DNA from: Candidatus Thorarchaeota archaeon
GTDB taxonomy: Archaea; Asgardarchaeota; Thorarchaeia; Thorarchaeales; Thorarchaeaceae
NCBI GenBank assembly: GCA_046482545.1
Contig: JAWOEX010000021.1
Span: forward strand, 96,001 to 160,000
Direction: 5' to 3'
DNA: 64,000 nt
Of this stretch, positions 18,986 to 29,779 are shown in pieces. Made by a program: the position numbers and the translations under genes. A model generated the notes under the pieces. That model was not told the origin of the DNA and searched no databases. It worked only from the letters and a program-made list of their open reading frames with translations. How positions within the stretch are numbered: the stretch's first letter is position 1; each line of letters starts with the position of its first letter.

Positions 18986-19966
18986 TTAGAGTGGTGGTTC
19001 ATTGAGCCGCTTATATTCATCTGTTGCATTGGTCCAGTTGATGAAATCCTGACTTGGAGGGCGCTCTTCATACAAGCGCTGTCTATCCGCTTCTAGACAG
19101 CTGATATCTTCGCGTTCCAGCTCAGCCATACACAAGACGCAATTGCCGCTTTCCTCTGCGGCGTTCATACTTGGCTTGAGCCATTCTTTCCAACTAAGTG
19201 AGCGCATGAGATGATGGTCCACAACTAGTGTTTCCACAGCATTTGCAAGCGTAACCAAACAAAAGAGAGCTGTTTGTCGATTTTGTTCATCAAATAAATG
19301 TCTCGGTAGATAAATCGGCGGGCCACCGACTATCATGACATCCGAATTCAATGATAACAGATATGACAGAGTTTTCCTGTTCGATGGGCCCTGAATATCT
19401 GGCGCAAAAACTACTGTGGCGTCCTTGTGCTTTACACAGGTGACGACCACATAGCCCAATGGCTTAGCGTCAGGGCCATGTGGTAACGATTCACTATAAG
19501 AAACGGTCGTATCACCAAATTCGAATTCTCTACCATCCGTCCAGACCAGTTCCTCAGCAGCATCGCCAACATGTTTTCTGAAATAGTAAGCTCTCTTCCG
19601 CTGGGATGGGTTGATGTTATCACGGTGGTCTTTGAGCAAGACTCGCTTGTTCTCAAACATGTGATTGGTGTCTTCTAGCGAACTGAAGTTATAGCGATAA
19701 TTTGTAAACGTCGGCCGAACATGATCATAGTGATAGTGCGATATTGAGAGTACATCGGATTTTCTTGCCAATTCAAAAATGTCTGCAAGAGCGGTTTTCA
19801 GAGCATCATACTCCAGAGGGTGCGGCTCCAAACCAAAACGCATTGCCAGACCAGCTGACGGATCAAAGAGAATGGTGATGTCAGGAGTTGTAACTTGAGT
19901 ACAGAGCGACCTTACACCCATGCTTTCAGAGGCTACAGCATGAATCTCGGTATCTCCTATCTTCAA
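18986..19966 (-). CDS. UPF0282 metallo-beta-lactamase-fold protein
   Basis: ASESMGVRS, SHYHYDH, PHG, DIQGP, DHHL. Confidence 0.9.
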   Translation of the reverse strand: MKIGDTEIHAVASESMGVRSLCTQVTTPDITILFDPSAGLAMRFGLEPHPLEYDALKTALADIFELARKSDVLSISHYHYDHVRPTFTNYRYNFSSLEDTNHMFENKRVLLKDHRDNINPSQRKRAYYFRKHVGDAAEELVWTDGREFEFGDTTVSYSESLPHGPDAKPLGYVVVTCVKHKDATVVFAPDIQGPSNRKTLSYLLSLNSDVMIVGGPPIYLPRHLFDEQNRQTALFCLVTLANAVETLVVDHHLMRSLSWKEWLKPSMNAAEESGNCVLCMAELEREDISCLEADRQRLYEERPPSQDFINWTNATDEYKRLNEPPL

Positions 19967-20487
19967 CGTGATACCTTCCGAAAATATCCCAGTATATAGT
20001 CAGATCCGGATTTTGTAAGCTCGGCCTCGTATGATCGAGTCACCGGGTTATTGAGTTCAAACGTTGCAAACATTTGCCAATCACTGGGTATCAATTCATC
20101 CTTTCGTTGCCTAATATCATCTACACTAAAGGGGCCAATTGTTCCTTCCCGATGGTTTTCCTTGAAATCATCAACCACAGCACTGTTAACGAAAATCAAG
20201 AAATGTTCCAAGAGATTTCCTGCCGTATCAACAAGGCGTTCCGAAACGAGTCCCTGGTATTTGTATTCCTTCACAGACGTTGCCTCTGTCTCCTCTTGTA
20301 CCTCCCTGAGTGCAGCTTCCTTGACATGCTCACCGGGCTCGATTTTTCCACCAACAAGACTTAACAAATTCTCATACGGAGCTCTCTTACGCTTCATGAA
20401 GAGGTAACTGTCCTGCTGCTTGAGAATCGTAACGACAATAGGCGTGATTCCAGGCACTTCAAGTCCCTCTTGTGCAATCTCTCTCAT
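19963..20487 (-). CDS. NUDIX hydrolase
   Basis: GGKIEPGEHVKEAALREVQEET Nudix box; start placed at MREIA. Confidence 0.88.
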   Translation of the reverse strand: MREIAQEGLEVPGITPIVVTILKQQDSYLFMKRKRAPYENLLSLVGGKIEPGEHVKEAALREVQEETEATSVKEYKYQGLVSERLVDTAGNLLEHFLIFVNSAVVDDFKENHREGTIGPFSVDDIRQRKDELIPSDWQMFATFELNNPVTRSYEAELTKSGSDYILGYFRKVSR

Positions 20488-20600
20488 ACTGACTGAATAT
20501 GGCAATTTAAATTTGAATGGTTTAAGAAGCCTACCTGCAGGAAAACAGAAAGCCAAGATTCATAGACCCTCAGCCATCTCCTTTTCTTCGGGTTTCAATA

Positions 20601-22061
20601 GTGGGTGCATTACTGGATGAAGAAGTCAGGAAAAAAGTCCTGAACAAAATCACGCCTACCAAAGAAGAAATTCTTAACCAACAGAAAATGATAGCTAGAC
20701 TTTCTAATCAATTGGAAACGTATGGGAAACGGCGGGGAATTAAGTATGAAACCATAGAAGCCCATGGTTCCACAGGTAAGAAGCAGACTCAGCTTAAAGG
20801 ATCCTCAGATATCGATTTGTTTGTAGCTTTGAATCCAAGCGATTATGATAGGATTCTCTCTTTATCCCAAGATGAGAGAGACAGAAAGCTCACTGAATTG
20901 TTGGATGGATTTGTTGATAACTGGTTCTACCCTGCGTTCAAAGAGCTGAACCCCACCAAACTCCAAAAAATCTATTCTGAGCATCCTTACCTTTCGCTTC
21001 ACTTGGAAGGACAGGAGATTGATGTTGTTTGTTGCTTCAATTTGTCAAGAGATGAGATTGCAGCAGAAGGAACAATTACGGCGGTGGATCGAACACTCCA
21101 TCACACTAGCTATATCATCAAACATTTGAAGAAATCCATGCGATCAGATATTCGGATACTCAAATCATTCGTCAGGGCTGCTCACGTATACGGAGATAAA
21201 TGCGCTATTGGAAGAATGGGATTTACGGGTTACGCTCTGGAACTCTTAGTCATCAACTCTGGTGATTTTGAAGGGGCTATTAGGCAAATCAAAGCATTAG
21301 AAAAGAAACCTATTGACCCTGCGGATAGGTCTCTCGATGAGCTGAAGAACAAACATGAATTTCATGACGACTACATCTTCATAATTGACCCAACGGATTA
21401 TGATAGAAACGTTGCAGCTAGTTTCGATTCGAGAGGATACAAATGGCTCAAATTGCGTTGTGATGAGTTACTGAAGACTGCGAAAAGGGCAGAAGAACAT
21501 AACATGGTTCATCTACTGATTGAGGGAGAAATTCCCACAGAGCCACTACCACAGTGGCTGAAGCCTCACTCACTTTCTGTTGAATTTCAATCAGTCCAAC
21601 CAGTGCACTACACCATCTTGAGGGATAAGCTATACAAGCTAGCGAGCAAAATTGTTGCACGCATGAAAGAGGAAAGAACCGGCGAGAAGAGATTTGGGAA
21701 GACTCTAGCTGAAGTCTATTTTGAAAATGATAGATTCGCTCTTGGTATTGTGGTGGAAAAAGCCAATATCTCGCCGGAGTATGACCGAAAGGGGCCCCCG
21801 TTAAAGATGGATGAAGCTTGCACGAAATTTATGAAAGCGAACTCTCAAGTTTTCAAGCAGGGAGGTTATCTTTGGTCCAAGGAAAAGAGAAAATTCACCT
21901 CCGCAAATGCATTCTTCCAGTATTTAGTAAAAAGAGAGACCATAAAGGGCTTAGAACGGACCAAGAAATCAATTGTTTCAGACCGAGTATTGAACACGCT
22001 TTATCGTTATGTCATGCAGGTGGAAGAAATTCCAGTTGAGAGAGGTAATCAGATTGGCTAA
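20601..22061 (+). CDS. cca: Archaeal class I CCA-adding enzyme
   Basis: HGSTGK.T.LKGSSDIDLF, YSEHPY, TAVDRTLHH, GFTGYALELL, DPTD..RNVAAS. Confidence 0.92.
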   Translation: MGALLDEEVRKKVLNKITPTKEEILNQQKMIARLSNQLETYGKRRGIKYETIEAHGSTGKKQTQLKGSSDIDLFVALNPSDYDRILSLSQDERDRKLTELLDGFVDNWFYPAFKELNPTKLQKIYSEHPYLSLHLEGQEIDVVCCFNLSRDEIAAEGTITAVDRTLHHTSYIIKHLKKSMRSDIRILKSFVRAAHVYGDKCAIGRMGFTGYALELLVINSGDFEGAIRQIKALEKKPIDPADRSLDELKNKHEFHDDYIFIIDPTDYDRNVAASFDSRGYKWLKLRCDELLKTAKRAEEHNMVHLLIEGEIPTEPLPQWLKPHSLSVEFQSVQPVHYTILRDKLYKLASKIVARMKEERTGEKRFGKTLAEVYFENDRFALGIVVEKANISPEYDRKGPPLKMDEACTKFMKANSQVFKQGGYLWSKEKRKFTSANAFFQYLVKRETIKGLERTKKSIVSDRVLNTLYRYVMQVEEIPVERGNQIG

Positions 22062-23127
22062 CAGAAATGTCACGATTGTAACAAATAGAGACATAGGTCT
22101 CCATCAAGCTCCCTTCCCAAAGCCCCACTTGGAGGCCTTCGAAACACCTCTAAGAGTAGAAATTATCGAAGACCATCTGCTCAAAAGCGGTCTTCTAACC
22201 AGTTCGGATATTGTTGAAGTGCCACGTGCATCACCACGAGAGATTTTGGACGTTCATACCCCTTATGTGCTTGACAGCGTTACGATAATGAGTGACCTCG
22301 GAAGTGGTGTGTTAGGAGAATCAGCATATGCAAGCCCCGGACTGCTGCGAAGTGCCCTTGGTGCGGTTGGAGGCAGTATTGGAGCCATGCAAATGGTTAC
22401 CGAGCAGGATGCAATACATGCATTTGCACTGATAAGGCCGCCAGGTCACCATGCATCAACATCGTCGCCAATGGGCCTCTGTTTCTTCAACAACATGGCT
22501 ATCGCAGTTAAGCACGCATTACAAAAGGAGGGAATAGAACGGATTTCTATTCTTGATTTTGATAATCATCATGGCAATGGAACCTCTGAAATATTCTATT
22601 CGGAAGAGAAAGTACAGTATATTTCCATCCACGAATACGATTACGATATGTGTGGAGTAGGGCATTATCACGAAATTGGACATGCAGATGCTGTCGGGAC
22701 TAATATCAATATCCCGCTAGTAGATATGTCACCCGATGTTTCCTACGAGCAAGCACTCGAAAGAATCATTGTACCAGCCATCCAAAGATTCGAGCCTTCT
22801 TTGATCGGAGTTTCAGCGGGTTATGACGCCCACTACGCGGACCCAGTCGGTAACATGAATGTAGATTCAAGCACCTTTTGGCGCTTTGGAAAAGAGGTGT
22901 CTCACCTTGTTGAATCAACAAGTGCCATCGGGTCGTTTTGGACTTTGGAAGGAGGGTACAATCTCTTTACCCTTGGCCTGTCTGTTGAAGCCAGCCTACG
23001 AGGTCTTCGAGGGGAAGAAATGCCGGTTCTTAGAGATCAAATAGAGAGGACAATAGACAGCAATGTTATAGAGAGGAATGGGGATATCATAGACATCGTC
23101 CAAGAAACTATCGAACTCCATCGATAG
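22054..23127 (+). CDS. HDAC-family deacetylase
   Basis: RPPGHHA, GLCFFNN, DFDNHHGNGT, SAGYDAH, LEGGY; probable TTG start. Confidence 0.93.
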   Translation: MANRNVTIVTNRDIGLHQAPFPKPHLEAFETPLRVEIIEDHLLKSGLLTSSDIVEVPRASPREILDVHTPYVLDSVTIMSDLGSGVLGESAYASPGLLRSALGAVGGSIGAMQMVTEQDAIHAFALIRPPGHHASTSSPMGLCFFNNMAIAVKHALQKEGIERISILDFDNHHGNGTSEIFYSEEKVQYISIHEYDYDMCGVGHYHEIGHADAVGTNINIPLVDMSPDVSYEQALERIIVPAIQRFEPSLIGVSAGYDAHYADPVGNMNVDSSTFWRFGKEVSHLVESTSAIGSFWTLEGGYNLFTLGLSVEASLRGLRGEEMPVLRDQIERTIDSNVIERNGDIIDIVQETIELHR

Positions 23128-23204
23128 CAACCCCCAAAAGAATCCCACACAAACTGAAAGATTTTAAGTTCCTAATTCAGACAACATCTTAGAGGAACCA
23201 AATA

Positions 23205-23498
23205 GTGGCAAAAAAGAGACGATCCGGCGGACGTAGCAAAAACAAGTCGGGCAGAACAGGAACAGTCCAATGCTCTAAATGTGGAGCAATTGTTCCTGCT
23301 GACAAAGCAAAGAAGTATACAAGAACAGTATCTCCAGTTGATCCTCAGCTTGCTCGCGAGCTGCGAGAACAGGGAGCTTACATTCGGACTAGCAGAAGAA
23401 CTGAGTATTACTGCATAAGTTGTGCTGTCCATTATGGTAAGGTGAATATCCGCTCTGAGGAAGACCGAAGAGACATAAATGACAGATATCACAGGTAG
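23205..23498 (+). CDS. rps26e: Ribosomal protein eS26
   Basis: KKRRSGGR.K, VQCSKCG..VP.DKA, YCISCAVH. Confidence 0.95.
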   Translation: MAKKRRSGGRSKNKSGRTGTVQCSKCGAIVPADKAKKYTRTVSPVDPQLARELREQGAYIRTSRRTEYYCISCAVHYGKVNIRSEEDRRDINDRYHR

Positions 23499-23558
23499 AT
23501 TCCAAAACACACAATGCAATTTGCGTCTGGATTAACTTCAAGCACATGATGCGTCCCT

Positions 23559-24167
23559 TTGATAGGGGTATGCCATATGCCGATATCCATCTTTCTCAGG
23601 TTTGTTTTGACTTTTCCAGATATATCAACCAAGGGAGATTTCCTCCTCCGAGACCTTCCCGGATCAGGTAATAGAATGGATGTCCTCTGTAGATGTCTTT
23701 CCGCTTGTTTTGGTTGGGGACCAACAATAATCCCAACAAAGGAAATCGGACTTAGGGCAATTCTATCCAATAGTATAACTCTCGTATTTTCGAGTCCAGA
23801 GAATCCAGCCAAGATGGGTGAGACAGACTGGGCAAGAGGCATCCGAGATGCCCTAAAGGGTAATCCGCCAGAATACATATCTGTTCTTGACTTGGACCTA
23901 GAAGAGAACATCAAGGATTTGATTGATTATTCATCCTCACATCTCTGGCTTTTACACGAGCAAGGTAAAAATAGCATACAGACATGGAAAGCTGCTCTGC
24001 AGAACAGTTTTATTCTAGGGTCCCACAAAGGCTACGACTCACATGCGCTCAAAGTAGCAAGAGAATATGGTATTCCCCAGCTTTCAGTCGGGCCGTTACC
24101 CTATCTCGGTAGCCATTGTATCGCAAGTGTTATCACAGAAGCAGAAAGGAGGAAAAACGATGTCTGA
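23559..24167 (+). CDS. trmY: tRNA pseudouridine54 N1-methyltransferase (SPOUT)
   Basis: LRDLPGSGNRMDVLCR, LHEQG, FILGSHKG, LSVGP..Y..SHCI. Confidence 0.85.
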   Translation: MIGVCHMPISIFLRFVLTFPDISTKGDFLLRDLPGSGNRMDVLCRCLSACFGWGPTIIPTKEIGLRAILSNSITLVFSSPENPAKMGETDWARGIRDALKGNPPEYISVLDLDLEENIKDLIDYSSSHLWLLHEQGKNSIQTWKAALQNSFILGSHKGYDSHALKVAREYGIPQLSVGPLPYLGSHCIASVITEAERRKNDV

Positions 24168-24528
24168 CTCAGAACTCGTAGATATGGAAAATCCCCCGAA
24201 GGCCATCGATAGGCTCGTAGATGCCAATACAAAAGGAATGCTCTGGATCTATATACTTCGTTTGTTGCAAGAACGACCACACTACGGCTATGAGATAAAA
24301 GAACTTGTCACAGAAAGATTCGGGTTCTCGCCTGCCACAGTCAGTGGATATGCCATCATTTACCGCCTTAAGAGAGATGGGTTAATAGAGGAAGAAGAAG
24401 GAGAGGAGTCCACTAGGAAATATTACGGAATAACCGACAGGGGGAGTAGGGCTATGAAAGAAGCCAAAAAATTTCTTCAAACGACGCTAGACACCGTTTT
24501 CGATATGACGCCGTTAGATGATGAATAG
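24160..24528 (+). CDS. PadR-family regulator
   Basis: ILRLLQERPHYGYEI...Y..IYRL..DGLI...RKYYGITDRG. Confidence 0.92.
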   Translation: MSDSELVDMENPPKAIDRLVDANTKGMLWIYILRLLQERPHYGYEIKELVTERFGFSPATVSGYAIIYRLKRDGLIEEEEGEESTRKYYGITDRGSRAMKEAKKFLQTTLDTVFDMTPLDDE

Positions 24529-24590
24529 CCCTGTAAAGTCACAATTTTTCTTCTGGTTTTTTCACAACACACCTAGAAAAGGCGATTAGA

Positions 24591-25298
24591 TTAACTTCTT
24601 TCTGAGGGGGGCTCGCTGCGCGCTTCAATCTGCATCTTTGCGTAGCTCAACCTCTGCCCAACCGTAATATGAGACAGAATGCCTACTATAACAACAAAAA
24701 ATGCTAGTATATTTGGAATATCCAATGTCGAAATTACAAAATCTGATGCGGAAGGTGGGAAAAATGCTAGTATCTGCAGCCAGATATTTGTTTCAGGTAC
24801 AGCTAACAGGATTATTCCAAGCATAACCAACAGAAGCTTCTCTTGTCTCTCTGCAAGTCCTACAGCACAGTCATCCATGCCACCAACAGATTCAGCTTTA
24901 GCTCGAGAAAAGCTGGCCATTATCATACCGAATAATGTGAAAAAGCCCCAGAACCAAGGAACATACTTACCGGGTGAACCAGCAGGGCCTAGCATCAGTC
25001 CGAGGAGGAAAAGAAACTCGGCATATCTATCCAATGTATGATCGAAAGTAGCTCCAAAAGGAGTTGCCAAATCCGCGGCTCTGGCAACAGCGCCATCGAA
25101 CATGTCAAGCACGATGGCAAATATCATCACAGCTAGGCCAATGAGTAAAGAGCCAGCATAAAAGAAATATGTACTAGTCAAAGCGACTAAAACAGTCAAC
25201 CCAGTAATCATGTTGGGTGTCAAACCAGTTCTGGCAAGAAATCTCCCTATAGGCATCATAGCTCGTTTATACTGTTTTCGAAGCTTTCCTAGTACCAT
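24591..25298 (-). CDS. CDP-alcohol phosphatidyltransferase (archaetidylinositol phosphate synthase-like)
   Basis: TPN.IT; DMFDGAVAR....TPFGATFDHTLDR. Confidence 0.9.
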   Translation of the reverse strand: MVLGKLRKQYKRAMMPIGRFLARTGLTPNMITGLTVLVALTSTYFFYAGSLLIGLAVMIFAIVLDMFDGAVARAADLATPFGATFDHTLDRYAEFLFLLGLMLGPAGSPGKYVPWFWGFFTLFGMIMASFSRAKAESVGGMDDCAVGLAERQEKLLLVMLGIILLAVPETNIWLQILAFFPPSASDFVISTLDIPNILAFFVVIVGILSHITVGQRLSYAKMQIEARSEPPSERS

Positions 25299-25367
25299 CT
25301 ATCATTCCCTTTCCTTAAAGATATGCCGCGCCATTTGGAAATATAATATACATCTTGTGGAGGGGTA

Positions 25368-27041
25368 TCAATCGCTCTGTAAGACATCCTTTAGTCGATT
25401 AACTACCCACTCTCGGCCTAGAAGGTTTACGAATGGTCCCAGTCTTGGCCCAGATCTGCGGGATATCAAGAGCCTGTAAAATACACCAAAAGCTTGTCCC
25501 ACTTTGAGACCGATTTCCCGCGCATTATCGAAGACTGCGGCCTGGATCTCTTCATCTTCCAGTGGGCCAGTTTTAAGCAGGTTGAGCATCTTCCGGAGAA
25601 ACTCTCTCTCGTTTGCAGTAAGGTTTTTGGTAAATTCCTCTGACACTGTATCCCTGATGCTCACTCTATCACGGTTAGAACCAAACTCTTTCACCCAGTT
25701 CTTCGCTCTCTCCAATCGGGTACGGATAAGAGAGGTCATATCTTCAGATACACATTCAACATCGTATTGTTTCTTGATAGCCTCTTCACAACGGCTCATA
25801 ACGGCCTCGGGTCCAAGGAAAGCCTCGAGCTGAGATACAACGATTGCAAACTTGAACGGAAGGCGAGGGGTATAATCTTCACTTACAGAATGAACTTGGG
25901 TAAGAGGATATATCAAGCGGGCCAACTCTATCTCTTCTTCGGTGGCTTCCTCTATCCTGTAGTAGAGTCGCTCAAACCTGTCATATTCATCGATAAGCTC
26001 GGGCAGGCGTTCTGGTTCGATGTTTATTGCTCGTTTCAAATCGGTTTTGAGCATGAGATATCTGTAAACCTCTGGTGGCGCGATTTCAGCCCATGCTTTG
26101 GGAGTGAATATGATTCCCTCAGAAGTTGCCATATCCCGACCACCAATACGAACCCATTCGTAGGAAACCTTCACCGGGCCCTGCTTATCGAAAACTCTAC
26201 GTGAAACTTCTAGGCCAGTATCATACGATCCTCCTTTTACTGAATGATCCTTGCCAGCCGGTTCGCATGTAACATCATAGATATACCACTTCGCAGGCCA
26301 ATCAACCCTCCAAGTAAGCTTGACTTTGACTTCTTCAAGAGGTAATGTATCGGAATATCCACATTCCTGACACTCGAACGTTACCGAATCCTTCTCTTCA
26401 TCATAGTATGTCACTCTGTTTGGTTCAATTGTACCCTTTGTGCCAGACTGAAGATGCCCACATTTAGGACAGACAACTGATACAGGATACCATGACTCCA
26501 TTCCTTTCAGGTATTCCTTACGTTGATTCTCATCAAAATCGCTTGCCACATATTCGACCATTATCTCTCTGATTGTCTCAGTATGACGAAGACATATCCT
26601 CACAGCCTCCAGCATTTCTTCTGTCTCGTAAATCTTGCTTGTCCAAACAACATCAGGATTAACACCAAAATCTGGAAAAGTTTCAATCAACTCGTTAGCA
26701 TAATGGGCTCCGAAGCTCTCACAGCACCCAAATTCATCAGGTATCCGTGAATAAGGAATGCCAGACCATTCATCTATCGGTAGAGAGACGCCATCGGGAA
26801 AAGAACGAATTGGATCATAATCATCAACAACAAACATCATTCTCGCGTTTTTCCCCAAATCCTGAAGTCTTCGCGTAATCACATCTGCAATGATTATTTC
26901 CCGCATGAATCCAATATGAATGCTGCCGCTTGGACTCTTACCTGTGGACAGCAAGTACTGCTCGGTATCACGTTCCAAGACTTCTTCGACAACATCGTCA
27001 ATCCAGTGAATAGAAAATTCATCTTCGACTTGCGGGGGCAT
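25368..27041 (-). CDS. lysS: Class I lysyl-tRNA synthetase
   Basis: HW.D, SPSGSIHIG, KLTWRVDWPAKW, EPAGKDH, GPRLG. Confidence 0.96.
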   Translation of the reverse strand: MPPQVEDEFSIHWIDDVVEEVLERDTEQYLLSTGKSPSGSIHIGFMREIIIADVITRRLQDLGKNARMMFVVDDYDPIRSFPDGVSLPIDEWSGIPYSRIPDEFGCCESFGAHYANELIETFPDFGVNPDVVWTSKIYETEEMLEAVRICLRHTETIREIMVEYVASDFDENQRKEYLKGMESWYPVSVVCPKCGHLQSGTKGTIEPNRVTYYDEEKDSVTFECQECGYSDTLPLEEVKVKLTWRVDWPAKWYIYDVTCEPAGKDHSVKGGSYDTGLEVSRRVFDKQGPVKVSYEWVRIGGRDMATSEGIIFTPKAWAEIAPPEVYRYLMLKTDLKRAINIEPERLPELIDEYDRFERLYYRIEEATEEEIELARLIYPLTQVHSVSEDYTPRLPFKFAIVVSQLEAFLGPEAVMSRCEEAIKKQYDVECVSEDMTSLIRTRLERAKNWVKEFGSNRDRVSIRDTVSEEFTKNLTANEREFLRKMLNLLKTGPLEDEEIQAAVFDNAREIGLKVGQAFGVFYRLLISRRSGPRLGPFVNLLGREWVVNRLKDVLQSD

Positions 27042-27088
27042 TCTTCATCCTCATGTTGGGGCTTCAAGAACCGCCTAAATAGATTGCT

Positions 27089-28963
27089 CTATATTGCAAA
27101 TTCAGATACTATCAGATTTCGAGACTCAGAAGTGAAGATGAGATATACCGGTATGGCGGCCAATACAACCACTACACCTACTGCCAGCAACATCATTGCA
27201 ACAGAAATAGGAAGATAGAGAATGGATGGAACCGCAGCCTCTGGAACAAGAAAATATATGCTGAAAAGAATTGCTCCGAGTATAGCTGGGATTCCTGATT
27301 TCATCCCCATTTCAATGCCTTCAGCAATCATGGTTTGAGCAATGAAGCTCGGTTTTGCACCAACAGACCGCATGATGGTGTAGTCCCGTAATCTGCCAAA
27401 AACTGATACGAGTAAATAATTCATCAAGCTCAATAACGCACTTGCTAAGGCCATTATTGCTAGTGGTTGAAGAAGGGTCCAAATACCAGCAACGTACTCT
27501 ATATTGCCTTCGAGCGTTTGTTGTTGATGATGAACAGCCAATCCATAGTCAGAGGCGGTATCCTCAATTTGCGACATGAGTGTTGGATTATAGTCATCCA
27601 GCTGAACCAGAAAGAGATTCGGCCCAGATACACCCCAGATATCCTGCATTTCCGAAAAGGAAATCATTGCGACCATACCGCCATTCAGGATATCAAAGGT
27701 AATCGCAGCTACATCGAAGGAAACCCCTTCAACACCCAAGCTCTGTATCATAGGATCTTCGAACAGGGTGTTTGCCATCCTGCCACCAATTGCGGTCTTT
27801 CGTGTCCCTGCAAACTCTCCAAGAGAAAGCTTCTCCTCTTCCCCTTCGAAATACCAGTCTGATATGCAGTTCTCCCAGTGAATACCTACAATCAAAGCGG
27901 AACCAGTTCTGTCACCGCCTATCCGTTCGTATTCACCGGTTTCAGGATTTTGAATATAAGCGGGACCCTCGGAGACAGAAGTATAGTCAATCAGCCGTGC
28001 CTCCGTTTTCATAATCCCGCTCATATTCCCGAGTTTGTCCATCATTTCATTGGATATCAAATCCGCATCATCTAGATAACTGAACGAATCATTGAGTGTA
28101 TCACCCGAGAAGGAATACGCGGAGTAATATCTGGCTAGCAGGTCTGGATTCCCTATGGCTACCACATTGGTTCCCATCGCTCGTGAAACATAGGTGTCTG
28201 TAGTTGTCTGCACAACACCCCCACCAACCCACAGCAGGGATGCGAGCGCAATACTCAGGCCAACTGCCACTACTATTTTCTTTGAATCGGCAATCTTGCG
28301 GCTAAATCCCCGTGTCGCCACTCTGAAAGAGAGGCCAAAGGAATCAAAGAATCCTCGTTTGTGCACCTCTGTGGCCGCATTAGGATTCATCGCAGAGACC
28401 GGCGATTCGTGGACAGCATCATAAATGGGTTTCTGAGCTGCAACGTAACCACTGCCGGTATAGATGAGAGCGAGAATTAGCAATTGAAACCAAGGAAATT
28501 CAAAAGTAAATTGGGCACCTGGCAGCATGGTGCCAAGCCACATCATACCACCTAAGTAGAACATAGTGCCAAAAGCAAAACCAAGAACCAGACTGCCGAT
28601 TATCAGAATCATTGCCTGAGCCATGAAGTGATCAAACACAGTGTCCATCAGGGTTCCAATCGATTTCATCAGTCCAATATCCTTACGTCTACTGCTCATC
28701 TCTAGAGAAACTGTACTCGTTATTACAACAGCACCGAGAAGGATGACAAGAATTAACGAGGTCCAAATGAATCCCTCAAAGAATACAGTCAGCGAGGAGG
28801 TTGAAGCTTCAGAGGTTATCAAGAACGTAATGTCAAGCAGTACATTACCAAACAGGAATAAGAAAACGGTTGCTGCTACCACCGTAGTCATGGTAGCCAT
28901 CACAAGAGCAGTACGTAGAGGTCTTCTTTTGAGATCTTGTGATGCGTGGTCTTGTCTATGCAT
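27089..28963 (-). CDS. Double FtsX/MacB-type ABC permease
   Basis: RRKDIGLMKSIG and RLRDYTIMRSVGA repeats; extracytoplasmic domain. Confidence 0.88.
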   Translation of the reverse strand: MHRQDHASQDLKRRPLRTALVMATMTTVVAATVFLFLFGNVLLDITFLITSEASTSSLTVFFEGFIWTSLILVILLGAVVITSTVSLEMSSRRKDIGLMKSIGTLMDTVFDHFMAQAMILIIGSLVLGFAFGTMFYLGGMMWLGTMLPGAQFTFEFPWFQLLILALIYTGSGYVAAQKPIYDAVHESPVSAMNPNAATEVHKRGFFDSFGLSFRVATRGFSRKIADSKKIVVAVGLSIALASLLWVGGGVVQTTTDTYVSRAMGTNVVAIGNPDLLARYYSAYSFSGDTLNDSFSYLDDADLISNEMMDKLGNMSGIMKTEARLIDYTSVSEGPAYIQNPETGEYERIGGDRTGSALIVGIHWENCISDWYFEGEEEKLSLGEFAGTRKTAIGGRMANTLFEDPMIQSLGVEGVSFDVAAITFDILNGGMVAMISFSEMQDIWGVSGPNLFLVQLDDYNPTLMSQIEDTASDYGLAVHHQQQTLEGNIEYVAGIWTLLQPLAIMALASALLSLMNYLLVSVFGRLRDYTIMRSVGAKPSFIAQTMIAEGIEMGMKSGIPAILGAILFSIYFLVPEAAVPSILYLPISVAMMLLAVGVVVVLAAIPVYLIFTSESRNLIVSEFAI

Positions 28964-29705
28964 TAGGTATCAGCTCTCCGTCTACCATCTCAAATCTACG
29001 GACATCATCAAGCGACAACAACTGTTGATCATGTGTCATAGTTACCACTGTCTTTCCTTCTTGGTTCAAGGCAGTAAGCAGGTCCCTAACCATCTGTGCA
29101 GTATCTACGTCAAGATTGGCAGTAGGTTCATCAGCAAGAATTACAGGCGGATCATTTGCCATTGCCCGAGCAATAGCTACTCTCTGTTGTTCTCCAGAGC
29201 TGAGCTGCCAAGGAAGATGATCTTCGCGATGAGACAGTCCTACCCGTTCAAGCAAATCAGAAGCATCAGACTGTATGGTGTTGAGTTCTCGCTCAGAAAG
29301 CTGCATAGGAAACATCACGTTCTCAAGGGCAGTTAGGGTAGAAATCAGGTTGTAACTCTGAAATATGAAACCTGTATATGTTAGTCTAAAGGTTGCTCTG
29401 AAGGCTTCATCATAGTCACCTATTGGCACATCCAACACGTGAACTCTGCCAGAGGTTACATAATCGATGCAGCCAATGATATTGAGCAATGTTGTCTTGC
29501 CTGAACCTGAAGGGCCACTGATTGCCACAAAGTCTCCTGGAATAATTTCCATAGTCACATTCTGTAGCGCATCAATTTTTCGATTACCAAGTTCATAAGT
29601 TCTATAGACTTTATCCAGCCTGACCGCATGTGTAGCTCCCTCCAAGTCATCCAAGTTAAGCTCAGTATCAGCTTCATTGCTACCAAGCAAAGTGTCTTCA
29701 GACAT
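28956..29705 (-). CDS. ABC ATPase (LolD type)
   Basis: GPSGSGKT, LSSGEQQRVAIARA, DEPTANLD. Confidence 0.95.
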   Translation of the reverse strand: MSEDTLLGSNEADTELNLDDLEGATHAVRLDKVYRTYELGNRKIDALQNVTMEIIPGDFVAISGPSGSGKTTLLNIIGCIDYVTSGRVHVLDVPIGDYDEAFRATFRLTYTGFIFQSYNLISTLTALENVMFPMQLSERELNTIQSDASDLLERVGLSHREDHLPWQLSSGEQQRVAIARAMANDPPVILADEPTANLDVDTAQMVRDLLTALNQEGKTVVTMTHDQQLLSLDDVRRFEMVDGELIPNA

Positions 29706-29779
29706 TGTTGTTTTCCTCGCAGCCTACATTTTGGTCGGATTGATTCCTATGTCATTAGAGCATGTAGATTGCTTTTGAA